Source: Myxococcota bacterium | GTDB lineage: Bacteria; Myxococcota_A; UBA9160; SMWR01 | DNA: 64,000 bases | Direction: 5' to 3' | Assembly (NCBI GenBank): GCA_022447545.1 | Contig: JAKVBI010000022.1 | Coordinates: 30,903 to 94,902, forward strand | Shown here: piece by piece, positions 46,896-56,041 of the stretch | Numbering within the stretch: the stretch's first letter is position 1 | Layout: every line of letters begins with the position of its first letter | Position numbers and translations under genes: made by a program | Notes under the pieces: model-generated | What the model saw: only the letters and a program-made list of their open reading frames with translations | What the model was told of the DNA's origin: nothing | The model's database searches: none

Positions 46896-48638
46896 TCAGA
46901 ATTCGCGTCCCTGGTGGCTTGCGCGCACGCCACACCAGCGCACCTGAATGCCCTCCAGGCCGGTGCTTCGCCACACTCGCAGGTGCCCGGGGTCAATGGG
47001 TTCGAGGCGTACCTGCGGTTCTGGCCCGGGCGAGGTGATCTCCAATACGACGGGTCCCGTAGGTGCTTCGGACGTCACGTCCAGGACACGGCTACGGTCT
47101 TGCGCGGTGTCCCATTGGAGCGTGGGCTGGGAGTCGCCGTGGAACCGGTAGCCATTGTCCGGAAGGCGGAGTTCGAGCAGTTGGCCGGGGCGGGAGTCTT
47201 CGCGACGCAACTTGAGGCAGTCTAGGGTGGCGCTGCCCGGCGCTCGCAACCAACCCGTCGGGTCATGCAGCTCCCGGTAGTGGCTGGACACGTAGCCGCT
47301 GCGCAACCCCGCGGCGGCCCGGGCCGCGGGCAGGGTCACGATGCTGAGGAGGGCTGCCACGGGCACTGCGAGGATCGCGAACCGGGCCCGGAGACTGCGC
47401 GGTGCACGCAGGTGTGCGGCGCCCACGCCCGCCAGGGGCACCAGCAGGGCGAGCAGGGGGAGCCCCATTCGCGCGTTGCCGATGGAGACGAGGGGCCCCA
47501 CGAAGCTGAGGGCGACCAGTCCCAACAGCAGCGTCTGGTCGCTCCGCTGGACCACCGACGACGTGACGCCGAGCGCGGCCAACGTGAGTAGCCCCAGCAG
47601 TCCGAGGCCCAAAGCCGTTGCCACGGCGTAGATCGCGGGTGTCGACAACGCGGGGTAGTAGACGTGGAGAAGGTGTCGGATCAGGAAGTCGTCGGGAGCC
47701 CAGACCTGTCGTGCGCGCAACCACGATCGCTGCAGGAAACGCGCGGGGTCGGCGGCAATGGCCTCCAGGGCCAGGTCGCGCCCGGCGCGGCTGGGGTGCA
47801 CGCCATCGGATTGGGCTCGTTGAGCGATGGCGTTGCGGACGGCCACTTTCGAGGGGAAGTCGGCGTTGAGCTTGAGCAGGTTGTAGCCACTGGCTGTGCT
47901 CAGCACGATGGGTTGACCTTCGGCTCGCAACAAAACCCATTCCCACGGTGCGAGGGTTGCGATTGCCATGGCCAGGGCCAGCACGGCGGGCACCCAGCGG
48001 CGTGTGGCCCCCCCCATCAGCAGCCAACCTGGCACCCAGAGCAGGGGAACCAGTCCAGCGGCGCGGGTGAGACCCGTCAGCCCCAGTGTGGCCCCGCAGG
48101 CGATGGCGGCCAGAATTTGCGTCCGGGTCCCGGATGCATTGCGGGTTGCCAGTGCCAGGGCGATGGACAGGAACAGCAGCAAGATGTAGAGGGTTTCCGA
48201 CCACAGAAGGTGGGCGTAGGCGACAAAGCTTGGATAGAAGGCATGAATGGCTGCGGCCGCGAGGGCGGAACGGCGGTCCGCCAGGCGACGGGTGACCCAG
48301 AAGATGACGGGGGTGGTCAGGACCGAAATCCAGAGCACCGCCCATCGAGCCACGGCCTCGCCGGTCCCGAGGGCGGCCATGACGGTGCCGATCACGGCGG
48401 GGAACAGAGGCGGCCAGGTTCCATCGGAGTAGAGGCGCTGCAGGTCCAGGGGGTCGAGGGCCATGCCGGCGAGGGTGGCCTGCTCGAGATGCGCGACGGC
48501 CTGGGCACGGTGGAAGTACGCCTTTTCGTCGAAGGCCGGGCGCAGCGGAGAGGCCCATTCCAGGGCCAGGGCGCGCACCAGCCAAGAGATCAGCATCAAG
48601 CCGAGCAGCAGGCCCATATCCCGCCGGGATCGGCTCAT
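46896..48638 (-). CDS. ArnT/PMT-like GT-C glycosyltransferase
   Basis: AFDEKAY, WPPLFP, LWSETLY, LTRAAG and LAPWE; ATG 48638 overlaps the upstream stop (ATGA). Confidence 0.72.
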   Translation of the reverse strand: MSRSRRDMGLLLGLMLISWLVRALALEWASPLRPAFDEKAYFHRAQAVAHLEQATLAGMALDPLDLQRLYSDGTWPPLFPAVIGTVMAALGTGEAVARWAVLWISVLTTPVIFWVTRRLADRRSALAAAAIHAFYPSFVAYAHLLWSETLYILLLFLSIALALATRNASGTRTQILAAIACGATLGLTGLTRAAGLVPLLWVPGWLLMGGATRRWVPAVLALAMAIATLAPWEWVLLRAEGQPIVLSTASGYNLLKLNADFPSKVAVRNAIAQRAQSDGVHPSRAGRDLALEAIAADPARFLQRSWLRARQVWAPDDFLIRHLLHVYYPALSTPAIYAVATALGLGLLGLLTLAALGVTSSVVQRSDQTLLLGLVALSFVGPLVSIGNARMGLPLLALLVPLAGVGAAHLRAPRSLRARFAILAVPVAALLSIVTLPAARAAAGLRSGYVSSHYRELHDPTGWLRAPGSATLDCLKLRREDSRPGQLLELRLPDNGYRFHGDSQPTLQWDTAQDRSRVLDVTSEAPTGPVVLEITSPGPEPQVRLEPIDPGHLRVWRSTGLEGIQVRWCGVRASHQGREF

Positions 48639-50062
48639 GGGGCCGTGCTCTCGAGATACCCCAGGGCACGGAGCGCATCGACGGCGTCGTCGGGAAGTTG
48701 CCGGCTCGGGATCGGCTCCGCTCCCTCCCGCCAGCTCGATTCCCAGGCGAGCCACTCGTCTACCCGACGCTGGAAATCGGTCACCCGTTCGGGGGATAGT
48801 TTTGACAGGTCATGTCCCTCGCCAGGGTCCCGGGCGAGGTCGTAGAGTTCCGGCCCGCCCTTGCGGCGCCGATAGTAGGTTTCGCTTCCCCGGCGAACCA
48901 TGTGCTCGTCCCCGTAGGCGCTCGCAAAGGCTTCCCGCGGTGGTTGGGTGTCGTTGCCGGTCAGCAGATCGAGACCCGGGAGTCCTTCCGGAATCCGGGC
49001 CCCGGCCAGTCGGGCAATCGTGGGAAAGAGGTCGATGGAGCGCACCACCCGCGGATCTCGCACACCCTTGGGCGCTGCATGCCCGCTCAGGATCATGGGA
49101 ATGCGCAGGGTCGCATCGTCGAGGCGTCCTCCGCCGTGTCCGACGCGTCCGTGCTCGAAGAAACGCTCTCCGTGATCGGCGGTCACCACGATCAGGGTTT
49201 CATGGGCCCGATCGGTTCGCTCGAGGACCGACGGGAGTCGGCTCAGGGCGGCATCCTGTTGGGCGAGTTCGGCGTCGTAGAGGTCCACGTATCGCTTCGC
49301 CAGTTCGGGTTCGACGCGGCCCGACTCGAGGGCCTGCATCACCCAGCGCCGGACTTTGTGGACGTACCGGGGGTAGTCATCGAGCGGGACAATTGGCTCA
49401 ACGCGATTGAAGGCCCGATAGAAGCGGTAGTCGGGGTCGAAGGTCACGTGGGCGTCGCGGGACATCAGTAGAAAAAAGAACGGCTGGTCGGGCGGGACGG
49501 TCTGGACCCAATTCTCGAACTCATCGACCATGGTCGATGCGTTGAGACTGGGTGAGGCGATGGCGTTGTCGAAGCCCTGGGTCATGCCGAAGTGCTCACT
49601 CACGTGCACGTTGTTGATACGGGCGGCAGTGGCGTAGCCCGCCTCTTGAAGCGTCTCGGCCAGGGTCACGACGCCGTCGGGAAGCACCCGCTTGGGGAGC
49701 AGTTGTCCCCGCATCACCTCCAGCGGGTCGTAGAAATCCGTCATGCCGTGGGCGTTGGGGGGCAGTCCCGTCAGGAGGCTCGCCGTGGCGGGCTTGGTCC
49801 AGTTCGCAGCGCTCACGGCGTTTTCGAAGAACAGGCCCTGACGAGCCAGATCGTCCAGGAAGGGTGTGGTCTCGCGTGGGTAACCGGCGGCCCCCATGTG
49901 CGAGTACCGGAAGGTGCAGAGCACCACCAACAGAATGTCCGGCGGGCGTTCGTGTGCGGGGTCGGGGGTCGGCGGTGGGTCGAGTTCCTGGCCACAACCC
50001 GTCAGCAGCACCAGGATCGCCAGCGCCGGGGCCACGATGATGCGCCAGCGTCGCCCTCTCAC
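48635..50062 (-). CDS. Alkaline-phosphatase-superfamily ('sulfatase-like') lipoprotein, Thr-type
   Basis: Lipobox LTGC; WTKPATASLLTG and TADHGE; C-terminal LRALGYL; GTGA overlap with the LtaS-like gene. Confidence 0.85.
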   Translation of the reverse strand: MRGRRWRIIVAPALAILVLLTGCGQELDPPPTPDPAHERPPDILLVVLCTFRYSHMGAAGYPRETTPFLDDLARQGLFFENAVSAANWTKPATASLLTGLPPNAHGMTDFYDPLEVMRGQLLPKRVLPDGVVTLAETLQEAGYATAARINNVHVSEHFGMTQGFDNAIASPSLNASTMVDEFENWVQTVPPDQPFFFLLMSRDAHVTFDPDYRFYRAFNRVEPIVPLDDYPRYVHKVRRWVMQALESGRVEPELAKRYVDLYDAELAQQDAALSRLPSVLERTDRAHETLIVVTADHGERFFEHGRVGHGGGRLDDATLRIPMILSGHAAPKGVRDPRVVRSIDLFPTIARLAGARIPEGLPGLDLLTGNDTQPPREAFASAYGDEHMVRRGSETYYRRRKGGPELYDLARDPGEGHDLSKLSPERVTDFQRRVDEWLAWESSWREGAEPIPSRQLPDDAVDALRALGYLESTAP

Positions 50063-52332
50063 GATGCATCCTCTTCGGTCTGTAGCGAGGGAATCGGCGT
50101 GATTTCGAGGCGCGCGGTCAGGATCCGTAGAATGAGATTCTCTCCCCGGCTGTCCGCAACTTTAAGCCGGCACTTGAGGTTTCGGATGGGAGCTTCTGTG
50201 TCCACCTCGTAATCGATGTTCAGCGTTTCGCCGACGTGGAGCTCGGGGAGCTCCGGGCGTGCGAATTCCTGTTGGCTGCTGTCGTCGAGAACGTGGGACA
50301 GGTGAGCGCTGCCCTCGTCCCCGAGGAGTTCGACCTCGATCCGAACCGAAATGCGGGAGTGGCCCGGTACGTAGAGGTTCTGGCCGTCGAGGATCCGCTG
50401 TTGGCTCACGCCCCAGATCGGCACGGTGTCGGGTCGGGCGAGCTCGAAGGCCAGGGAGTCGCGGCCCGCCGACGACCCCAACAGGGAACGACCGACGACG
50501 GCGGCCGGATCCTCGAATTCGCCAGGCTCGAAGTCTGCGGGAACCGGAGCATCTCCGAACAGCCCGGGGCTGGGAGCCGAGAACTTTTCGCAGTGGCTGA
50601 TCGCCTCATCGCAAAGAAAGATGCGGTCGTCTCCCACCACCGCTCCGGTCCGCCTCTGGTGAGTGTTGGAGAAGAAGATCCGCCGCGGTCCCGGGTAGGC
50701 GCGCAGGAAGCTGCGCCCGATGAAGGGCGTGGCGGAAGCTTCCATGCCGAGGGCGTCAACGATGGAAAGAGCGACGTCGCTTTGAGCGAAGGGTTCGTCG
50801 ACCGTGAGGGCGGGCGCTCCGGGCAGAAGGGCGATGAGGACCCCCCAGCTCTGGCTGAGCAGTCTCGCCACCCGCCCGCCCGCCGCCCGCCGCCCGCGAG
50901 ATTCGTCGACACTGATGATCACCAGGGTGTGTTCAAGCACCCCCTGGGCGTCGAGGCCGTCAAGAAAATTCCCGAGGCTTTCGTCCATGTACCGCAGCGC
51001 CGAATCGAGTCGGTTGGTCGGTCCTTCGATCCGGGGTTCTCGATCTGGGGGGAGCGTGAAGGGATGATGGGTTCCGACGGTGAGGAGTGTGACGAACCAG
51101 GGACGCGGCTCTCGTTCGAGGTCTTCGATCAGGGTCGTTGCCTCCTCGAACAGGCTGCCGTCGTCCACCCCCCAGTTCTTGCGGATCCGGGGTGACTGGA
51201 AATGTCGGTCCCCGAGCACGGCGTCGAACCCGATGCGCTCCATGAATGCATCCTTGAACATGAAGCCCAGGGGGGCTCCCTGGAGGTACACGCTGTGATA
51301 GCCGGCGTCGCCCAGCACGGCGGGCAGGCAGCGTCGGGACCCTCCGTCGAGGTACTCGGTCATCTTGGCGAGTTGCGACGCGAGTTTTGGATAGTCGCCG
51401 CACAACAGCGCATACAGGCCGCGATTGGTCTGTCGTTGCTGGGTGATGAACGTCGTGGCTACGAGGTTTTGATTGGCCAGTTGCGAAAGTCGCGGCAGCG
51501 CGAGTTGGGGAACGACACCGTGAGCCTCGGCAATGGGCGCCACGTAGGATCCGGTGACCCCTTCCAGCAAGATCAACAGCACGTTGCTACCGGGTTCGAG
51601 GGGGACCACGTCGGTCTCGAACCGGGGGGTTCCCCTCAGGTCGGCGCGAAATTCTTCGAGAGTCTCGCCCTCGGCCGCCGCGATGGCGGGTGATCCGAGG
51701 GTCAGGATTGCCTGGTGGGCAAAGTGCAACTCCCGCCAGCCCCGTCCGCCCGCGGGCTCCGGCAGGAGTTCCAGGATCATCAACAACCCTGCGCCGCCGA
51801 ATGCGAGGAGCAGGGGGACGCGGGCGCCCGGGCTGCGCGGAGCCAGGGTTGCCAAGACTGCCGGCACGGCGATCAGGGCCAACAACAGGCCGGGCTGGCT
51901 GGGGGTCAGCGCCGAGCCCGTGAGGAACACCGGGTCGAGCAGATAGGCGCCGTACACAGCCTGCAGATTCGCGTCGAGCTCGTGGATGTGTTCAAAGGCG
52001 GCGTATTGCAGAGTGCCCCAGAGCCCGCCGGCCACGCCTGCCAGCAGTCGATGGGTACTGCGGAGGCTCAGCAGGACCGAAGAGACCAGCAGGGCGAGCG
52101 CGAGATCCGAACCCAGTCCCCAGAGATCCGTTAGCGAGACCGGTGTATCGGACTGCGCCAACAGGGTTGCCCGTACCCACAATACCGGAGCCGTGGCGGC
52201 TGCCAGGGTCAGCGCGGCAGGCCTCGTTCCGGTCGTCGTGTCGGCAGTGACGTCGATGGTTCGATCCCCCAGGGGCGTCTCCATGGCGGCGATTTCGGCA
52301 GGGGGGGGCCGACCGACCGGATCCGTGGACAC
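50059..52332 (-). CDS. LTA synthase (LtaS)/EptA-like membrane-anchored phosphotransferase family protein
   Basis: About 5 N-terminal TMs, then ILLEG, RQTNRG, TVGTHHPF and SVDE; start GTG 52332 (alternative ATG 52284). Confidence 0.75.
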   Translation of the reverse strand: MSTDPVGRPPPAEIAAMETPLGDRTIDVTADTTTGTRPAALTLAAATAPVLWVRATLLAQSDTPVSLTDLWGLGSDLALALLVSSVLLSLRSTHRLLAGVAGGLWGTLQYAAFEHIHELDANLQAVYGAYLLDPVFLTGSALTPSQPGLLLALIAVPAVLATLAPRSPGARVPLLLAFGGAGLLMILELLPEPAGGRGWRELHFAHQAILTLGSPAIAAAEGETLEEFRADLRGTPRFETDVVPLEPGSNVLLILLEGVTGSYVAPIAEAHGVVPQLALPRLSQLANQNLVATTFITQQRQTNRGLYALLCGDYPKLASQLAKMTEYLDGGSRRCLPAVLGDAGYHSVYLQGAPLGFMFKDAFMERIGFDAVLGDRHFQSPRIRKNWGVDDGSLFEEATTLIEDLEREPRPWFVTLLTVGTHHPFTLPPDREPRIEGPTNRLDSALRYMDESLGNFLDGLDAQGVLEHTLVIISVDESRGRRAAGGRVARLLSQSWGVLIALLPGAPALTVDEPFAQSDVALSIVDALGMEASATPFIGRSFLRAYPGPRRIFFSNTHQRRTGAVVGDDRIFLCDEAISHCEKFSAPSPGLFGDAPVPADFEPGEFEDPAAVVGRSLLGSSAGRDSLAFELARPDTVPIWGVSQQRILDGQNLYVPGHSRISVRIEVELLGDEGSAHLSHVLDDSSQQEFARPELPELHVGETLNIDYEVDTEAPIRNLKCRLKVADSRGENLILRILTARLEITPIPSLQTEEDAS

Positions 52333-52339
52333 GCGGGAG

Positions 52340-52345
52340 AGTATA
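52340..52345 (-). promoter_or_regulatory. -10 element TATACT, 7 nt before in-frame GTG 52332 (leaderless-type)
   Basis: Minus strand reads TATACT-ctcccgc-GTG, in frame with the LtaS-like ORF. Confidence 0.55.
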
Positions 52346-52444
52346 CGTGGCGCGGTCGGGCAGCACGGGGTCGGTCGGGACGCCGGGCGAGGGGCGGGTA
52401 TCCTCGCTGCTGGGCTCCAGCGGGCTGGGGCAGGGGAGACGGGC

Positions 52445-53998
52445 TTGAAGGACAAAGGGCCGCCGGAAGTCGATGCCGACCCGGTGCTGGAACTCGAACG
52501 GCGGCGCGCCGAACTGGCAGGCGATTTTCCGCGCATCGCCCTGTGCCTGTTCCAGTGGGGTGGGTCTGAGGTCCTGGGGACCATGCTGGCACGTATTCCC
52601 CCGGCTGTGGTGGCGTGTCTGCAGGAGGTGGTCGTGGTGCAAGAAGCCGCCACGAGCCTCTCGGCCGAAGCTTCCGAGGCGATTCATGCCAGGGGTCGCG
52701 CTCTCGGGTTGAAGTTGTCGATTCTCCGCCAGCCGCGCGACCACTCCTTCGGAGGTGCGCGAAAGGCGGCCTTCGAGTTTGCGACGGGGCGTGATTTCGA
52801 CCACGTGATCACCATGCGGGGTGACGGGCTTCATCCACCTGAGGCCCTGCCCGGGCTTTTGAACGCCGCGCTGTCCGGCCCCCCGAGCTTGTGCGTCGCG
52901 GCGCGCGTTCACCGATTGCTGCACCGTCCACCGGGGTTGCCCCTGGCCCGGATGGTCCTCCATCGCGTGGCAACTGGCCTCCAGAATCGGCTACTGGGAC
53001 TCGGTCTCGAGGACTACCACTCGGGCTATCGCATCTATCCCGTGCACGCGCTGCGTCGGATCCCGTTCCAATTGGACGCGAACGAACGTGTCTTCGACAC
53101 GCAGATGGTGATCCAATGCCGCGCTCTCGGCCTGCCCATCAAGGAGGTCGATGTTCCTCCGAGCTGGCAGGAATACGCGAGCGGTGCACGGGGGCTGAGA
53201 GAGGTCCTGCTGGCTTGTGCTGAGGCCATCGACTACCGCCTCCACCAGCTGCACGTCACGCGTCGCGGACGCTACTTCGTGGACCGGGGGGTGCACTACA
53301 CCCTCAAGCAGAGCCCGACGGGCTCGCATATGCAGATCGTGGACGCCATCGAACCCGGCACTCGGGTACTCGATCTCGGATGTTCCCAGGGGCTGCTGGC
53401 CAGGCCTCTTCTCGAAAAGGGCGTCCGCGTCGTCGGGGTGGATAGTGCTCCCCCGGAAACCGCCGTGTTGGCCGACGAACTCGAGGCCTACCACGCCCGA
53501 GACCTCGAGGAGCCTCTGGATCTTCCGCTGGCACGGGAGTTCGACTACGTGGTGATCTCGGACGTGATCGAGCACCTGGGCAATCGCGTCCCCCTGCTTC
53601 GCGAAGCGCGGAAATATCTCAAAGCCGGGGGCCGATTGGTGATCTCGACCCCCAACGTGGCGCTTTGGTTCTACCGCCTCTCGTTGCTGGTGGGTCGCTT
53701 CGAGTACGGGGCCCGTGGAGTGCTCGACGAGACCCATGTCCACTTGTTCACCCGCGCAACCTTCCGGCGGGAGGTGGAGAAGGCGGGGTTCCATGTTCTG
53801 AGGGAGCGGCGCACGGCTCTGCCGTTCGAGGTCGTCTTCGAGTCCACTGGCCGCAGTCGCCTGATTCGAAACGCGGCAGACGTCTATCACGTCCTCGCTC
53901 GGGCCTGGCCCACGATGTTCGCCTATCAGATCATCTTCGAAGCCGAGATCACGACCCTCGACGAAGACTCCATCGAGCACCCTTCCGAAGCGGGTTGA
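52445..53998 (+). CDS. Bifunctional GT2 glycosyltransferase / class I SAM methyltransferase
   Basis: GT2 half with MRGDGLHPPE, DYHSGYRIY and VFDTQMVIQ; methyltransferase half with VLDLGCSQG, DVIEHL and DETHVHLFT. GGAG SD before TTG 52445. Confidence 0.8.
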   Translation: MKDKGPPEVDADPVLELERRRAELAGDFPRIALCLFQWGGSEVLGTMLARIPPAVVACLQEVVVVQEAATSLSAEASEAIHARGRALGLKLSILRQPRDHSFGGARKAAFEFATGRDFDHVITMRGDGLHPPEALPGLLNAALSGPPSLCVAARVHRLLHRPPGLPLARMVLHRVATGLQNRLLGLGLEDYHSGYRIYPVHALRRIPFQLDANERVFDTQMVIQCRALGLPIKEVDVPPSWQEYASGARGLREVLLACAEAIDYRLHQLHVTRRGRYFVDRGVHYTLKQSPTGSHMQIVDAIEPGTRVLDLGCSQGLLARPLLEKGVRVVGVDSAPPETAVLADELEAYHARDLEEPLDLPLAREFDYVVISDVIEHLGNRVPLLREARKYLKAGGRLVISTPNVALWFYRLSLLVGRFEYGARGVLDETHVHLFTRATFRREVEKAGFHVLRERRTALPFEVVFESTGRSRLIRNAADVYHVLARAWPTMFAYQIIFEAEITTLDEDSIEHPSEAG

Positions 53999-54040
53999 AC
54001 CCGCAGAAACTCCCCAGCAGCGACCACGGTTTGCACGGGC

Positions 54041-54901
54041 TCAGAGGCGTTTGAGGAATCGGCTGATGATTCCGTCGGAGAGTTTCGTGTGCCTGCGGAT
54101 GAAGGAGTAGAGGCGCAGGGCGGTTCGGTCTGCGGCCACGAGAAGGCGCTCGCGCAGGGACGATCCCGGAAGCGATCGGTAGTCGGTGGAGGTCAAGGGT
54201 TGAGCGCTCGCTTCCTGACGGAAGTAGTAGAGGGCGATGGATTTCCGCTCCACAGACTCGGGGCAGGCCAGAGGGGCCGGATGGCCGTGGAACGAATGGG
54301 CGGTGGTGTGGAACAGCACGCAGCGGTTGAACAGGGGCGGGATCTTGGTGACACAGTGTTCCAGGGTGGAGTCCCAAAACTCGAGGTCTCCGTTCCACTT
54401 TGGCTGCCAATCTTCGTTGAAGTACAGCAGGAGGTTGATCTGCCGGCTCCAGTCATGATGTTGGGTGTGGGAAAGAAAGTCTGCGTGAACGTTGAGGAAA
54501 CCACCCCGGGGCACTTTGTGGAGGCCGGCGCCGTCGAGCTCCGGATCGGCCAACAGTTCGTCGAGTCCGGTCAGGCGTTGAACGAACTCGACGAAGGGGC
54601 GCGAAATGAGCGCGTCCACGAGGGCACGTGTTCGCGGTGGCATACCATCGAGGTGGGTCAGTGCCGTCTTGTCCTCGTTGTAGTGTCGATAGTGGTCCCA
54701 GCCATCGGAAGCCTGATCGAACTCCCGCGCGACCTCACGGGCAAATTCCCCGGGTAGAAAGTCATCCAAGACGACATGAGGGAACGGCAGCGCTTGGCTG
54801 AAGTCGTCTCGGTGACGATTCGCCAGTGTGTCGAGTTCGCGGTAGTTGAGGACGTCTTCGGCCAGCGGTTCGGCTCCCGCGTTCGTTCCGGCCCGGTTCA
54901 A
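54041..54901 (-). CDS. 2OG-Fe(II) oxygenase (prolyl-hydroxylase-like)
   Basis: GAGLH, NVHADF, HSFHGHP and RKSIALYY. Confidence 0.85.
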   Translation of the reverse strand: MNRAGTNAGAEPLAEDVLNYRELDTLANRHRDDFSQALPFPHVVLDDFLPGEFAREVAREFDQASDGWDHYRHYNEDKTALTHLDGMPPRTRALVDALISRPFVEFVQRLTGLDELLADPELDGAGLHKVPRGGFLNVHADFLSHTQHHDWSRQINLLLYFNEDWQPKWNGDLEFWDSTLEHCVTKIPPLFNRCVLFHTTAHSFHGHPAPLACPESVERKSIALYYFRQEASAQPLTSTDYRSLPGSSLRERLLVAADRTALRLYSFIRRHTKLSDGIISRFLKRL

Positions 54902-55012
54902 GGCGCAGTTCGGAATCGCTCGGGTCGCGCTTTCGATCGAGCCCGGGCTTGCATCCCGTCGGTCGCTGGAGCGTAGTGAGGGGGATGAACCGGGGTCAAG
55001 GGTCGGCTGAGA

Positions 55013-56032
55013 TCAAAGAGCAGGGCGCCGCCCGCGGGCGAGTAGCGCGAGTCCGGCGAGGCCCCAGACGAGGTTTGCTGCGAGGATCGAGAGGGAGAGT
55101 GACAGTGCCACCTCCGGTCGCATTCCGGCGATTCCGAACAGCACGACGTACAGCGATTCCCGCACTCCCGTTCCGCCCAGACTGATGGGCAGAAGGCTGA
55201 CCGCCATCACGAAGGGCACGATGACCGGAAACCAGAAGGCCGGCACGTGGGAGTCGAGAGGCATCGCGAGGGCCCAGACTCCGAGCACGGGAATGGCCTG
55301 GCACGCCAGGCTCAGAGCGAAGACCTCCCCCACGAGTCGGGGCCGGCTGGAGAGATGGGCCAGTGCCGTCAGCACGCGTTGGGTCTCCTGGCCCAGGCGC
55401 GGCGAGAGGCGACCGACTCCCTCGACCGCAGCCCGCGCCAGACGGCGGCCCAGGGGGTGGAAGCAGCCGATGGCGACTGCAAAAAGAGTCGCGCTGGCTG
55501 CGACGAGAGCCCAGGCCCATTGCGTTCCTGTTTCGCTGGCCGGGATGAAGGGGGCAGCCAGTAGACCCACGGAGCAAAGCGCGGCCAGGCCGAGCAGACG
55601 TTCAAGCACCAGGCTTCCGAAGACCTCTGCGCCCCGGCCGCTGTCGCGGCGGGCGTCGGCGAACCGGTAGGCGTCGCCCACCACCGCCGAGGGCAGCGCC
55701 AGGCCCATGAAGTTCGCGATCAGGTATGCCCGGAACACAACGGGCCACCGCCCGGCCAGATCCGCAGCCTGAAGGAGCACCGTGAATCGCACAGCGGCCA
55801 GCGCCGTTGCGATCAGGTATGCGCTGCTGCCCAGTGCGAACCACGCCAAGGACGTGGGCAGGGGCGCCGACCAGGCGCCGAGCAGGGAGGGCAGCAAAGC
55901 TCGCCCGTCGCCCGGAAGCGCCAGACGGATGGCGAGACCGAGGAATCCGACGCTGATGGCCAGGCGCGCAACGGTTTTGACGAGGGTCCGACGTCGATTC
56001 GCCGCTCCTCGATCGGTGTTGGACTCGCTCAA
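55013..56032 (-). CDS. Lysylphosphatidylglycerol-synthase TM-domain (YbhN-like) putative flippase
   Basis: About 8 TMs; LPSAVVGDAYR, ERLLG and PISLGGTGVRE. Confidence 0.82.
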   Translation of the reverse strand: MSESNTDRGAANRRRTLVKTVARLAISVGFLGLAIRLALPGDGRALLPSLLGAWSAPLPTSLAWFALGSSAYLIATALAAVRFTVLLQAADLAGRWPVVFRAYLIANFMGLALPSAVVGDAYRFADARRDSGRGAEVFGSLVLERLLGLAALCSVGLLAAPFIPASETGTQWAWALVAASATLFAVAIGCFHPLGRRLARAAVEGVGRLSPRLGQETQRVLTALAHLSSRPRLVGEVFALSLACQAIPVLGVWALAMPLDSHVPAFWFPVIVPFVMAVSLLPISLGGTGVRESLYVVLFGIAGMRPEVALSLSLSILAANLVWGLAGLALLARGRRPAL

Positions 56033-56041
56033 GTCGTGCCG

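Noticed and set aside
16500-49000. Impression of a GC mosaic (16.5-22 kb lower, 41-49 kb higher)
   Set aside because: Not quantified; a sliding-window GC and codon-usage calculation is needed before claiming separate origins.
52301-52308. G8/C8 runs (2853-2860, 10588-10595, 52301-52308) as phase-variation tracts
   Set aside because: Short for slippage, all affected frames are intact, and such runs are expected at this GC content; read-level length variation would be needed.
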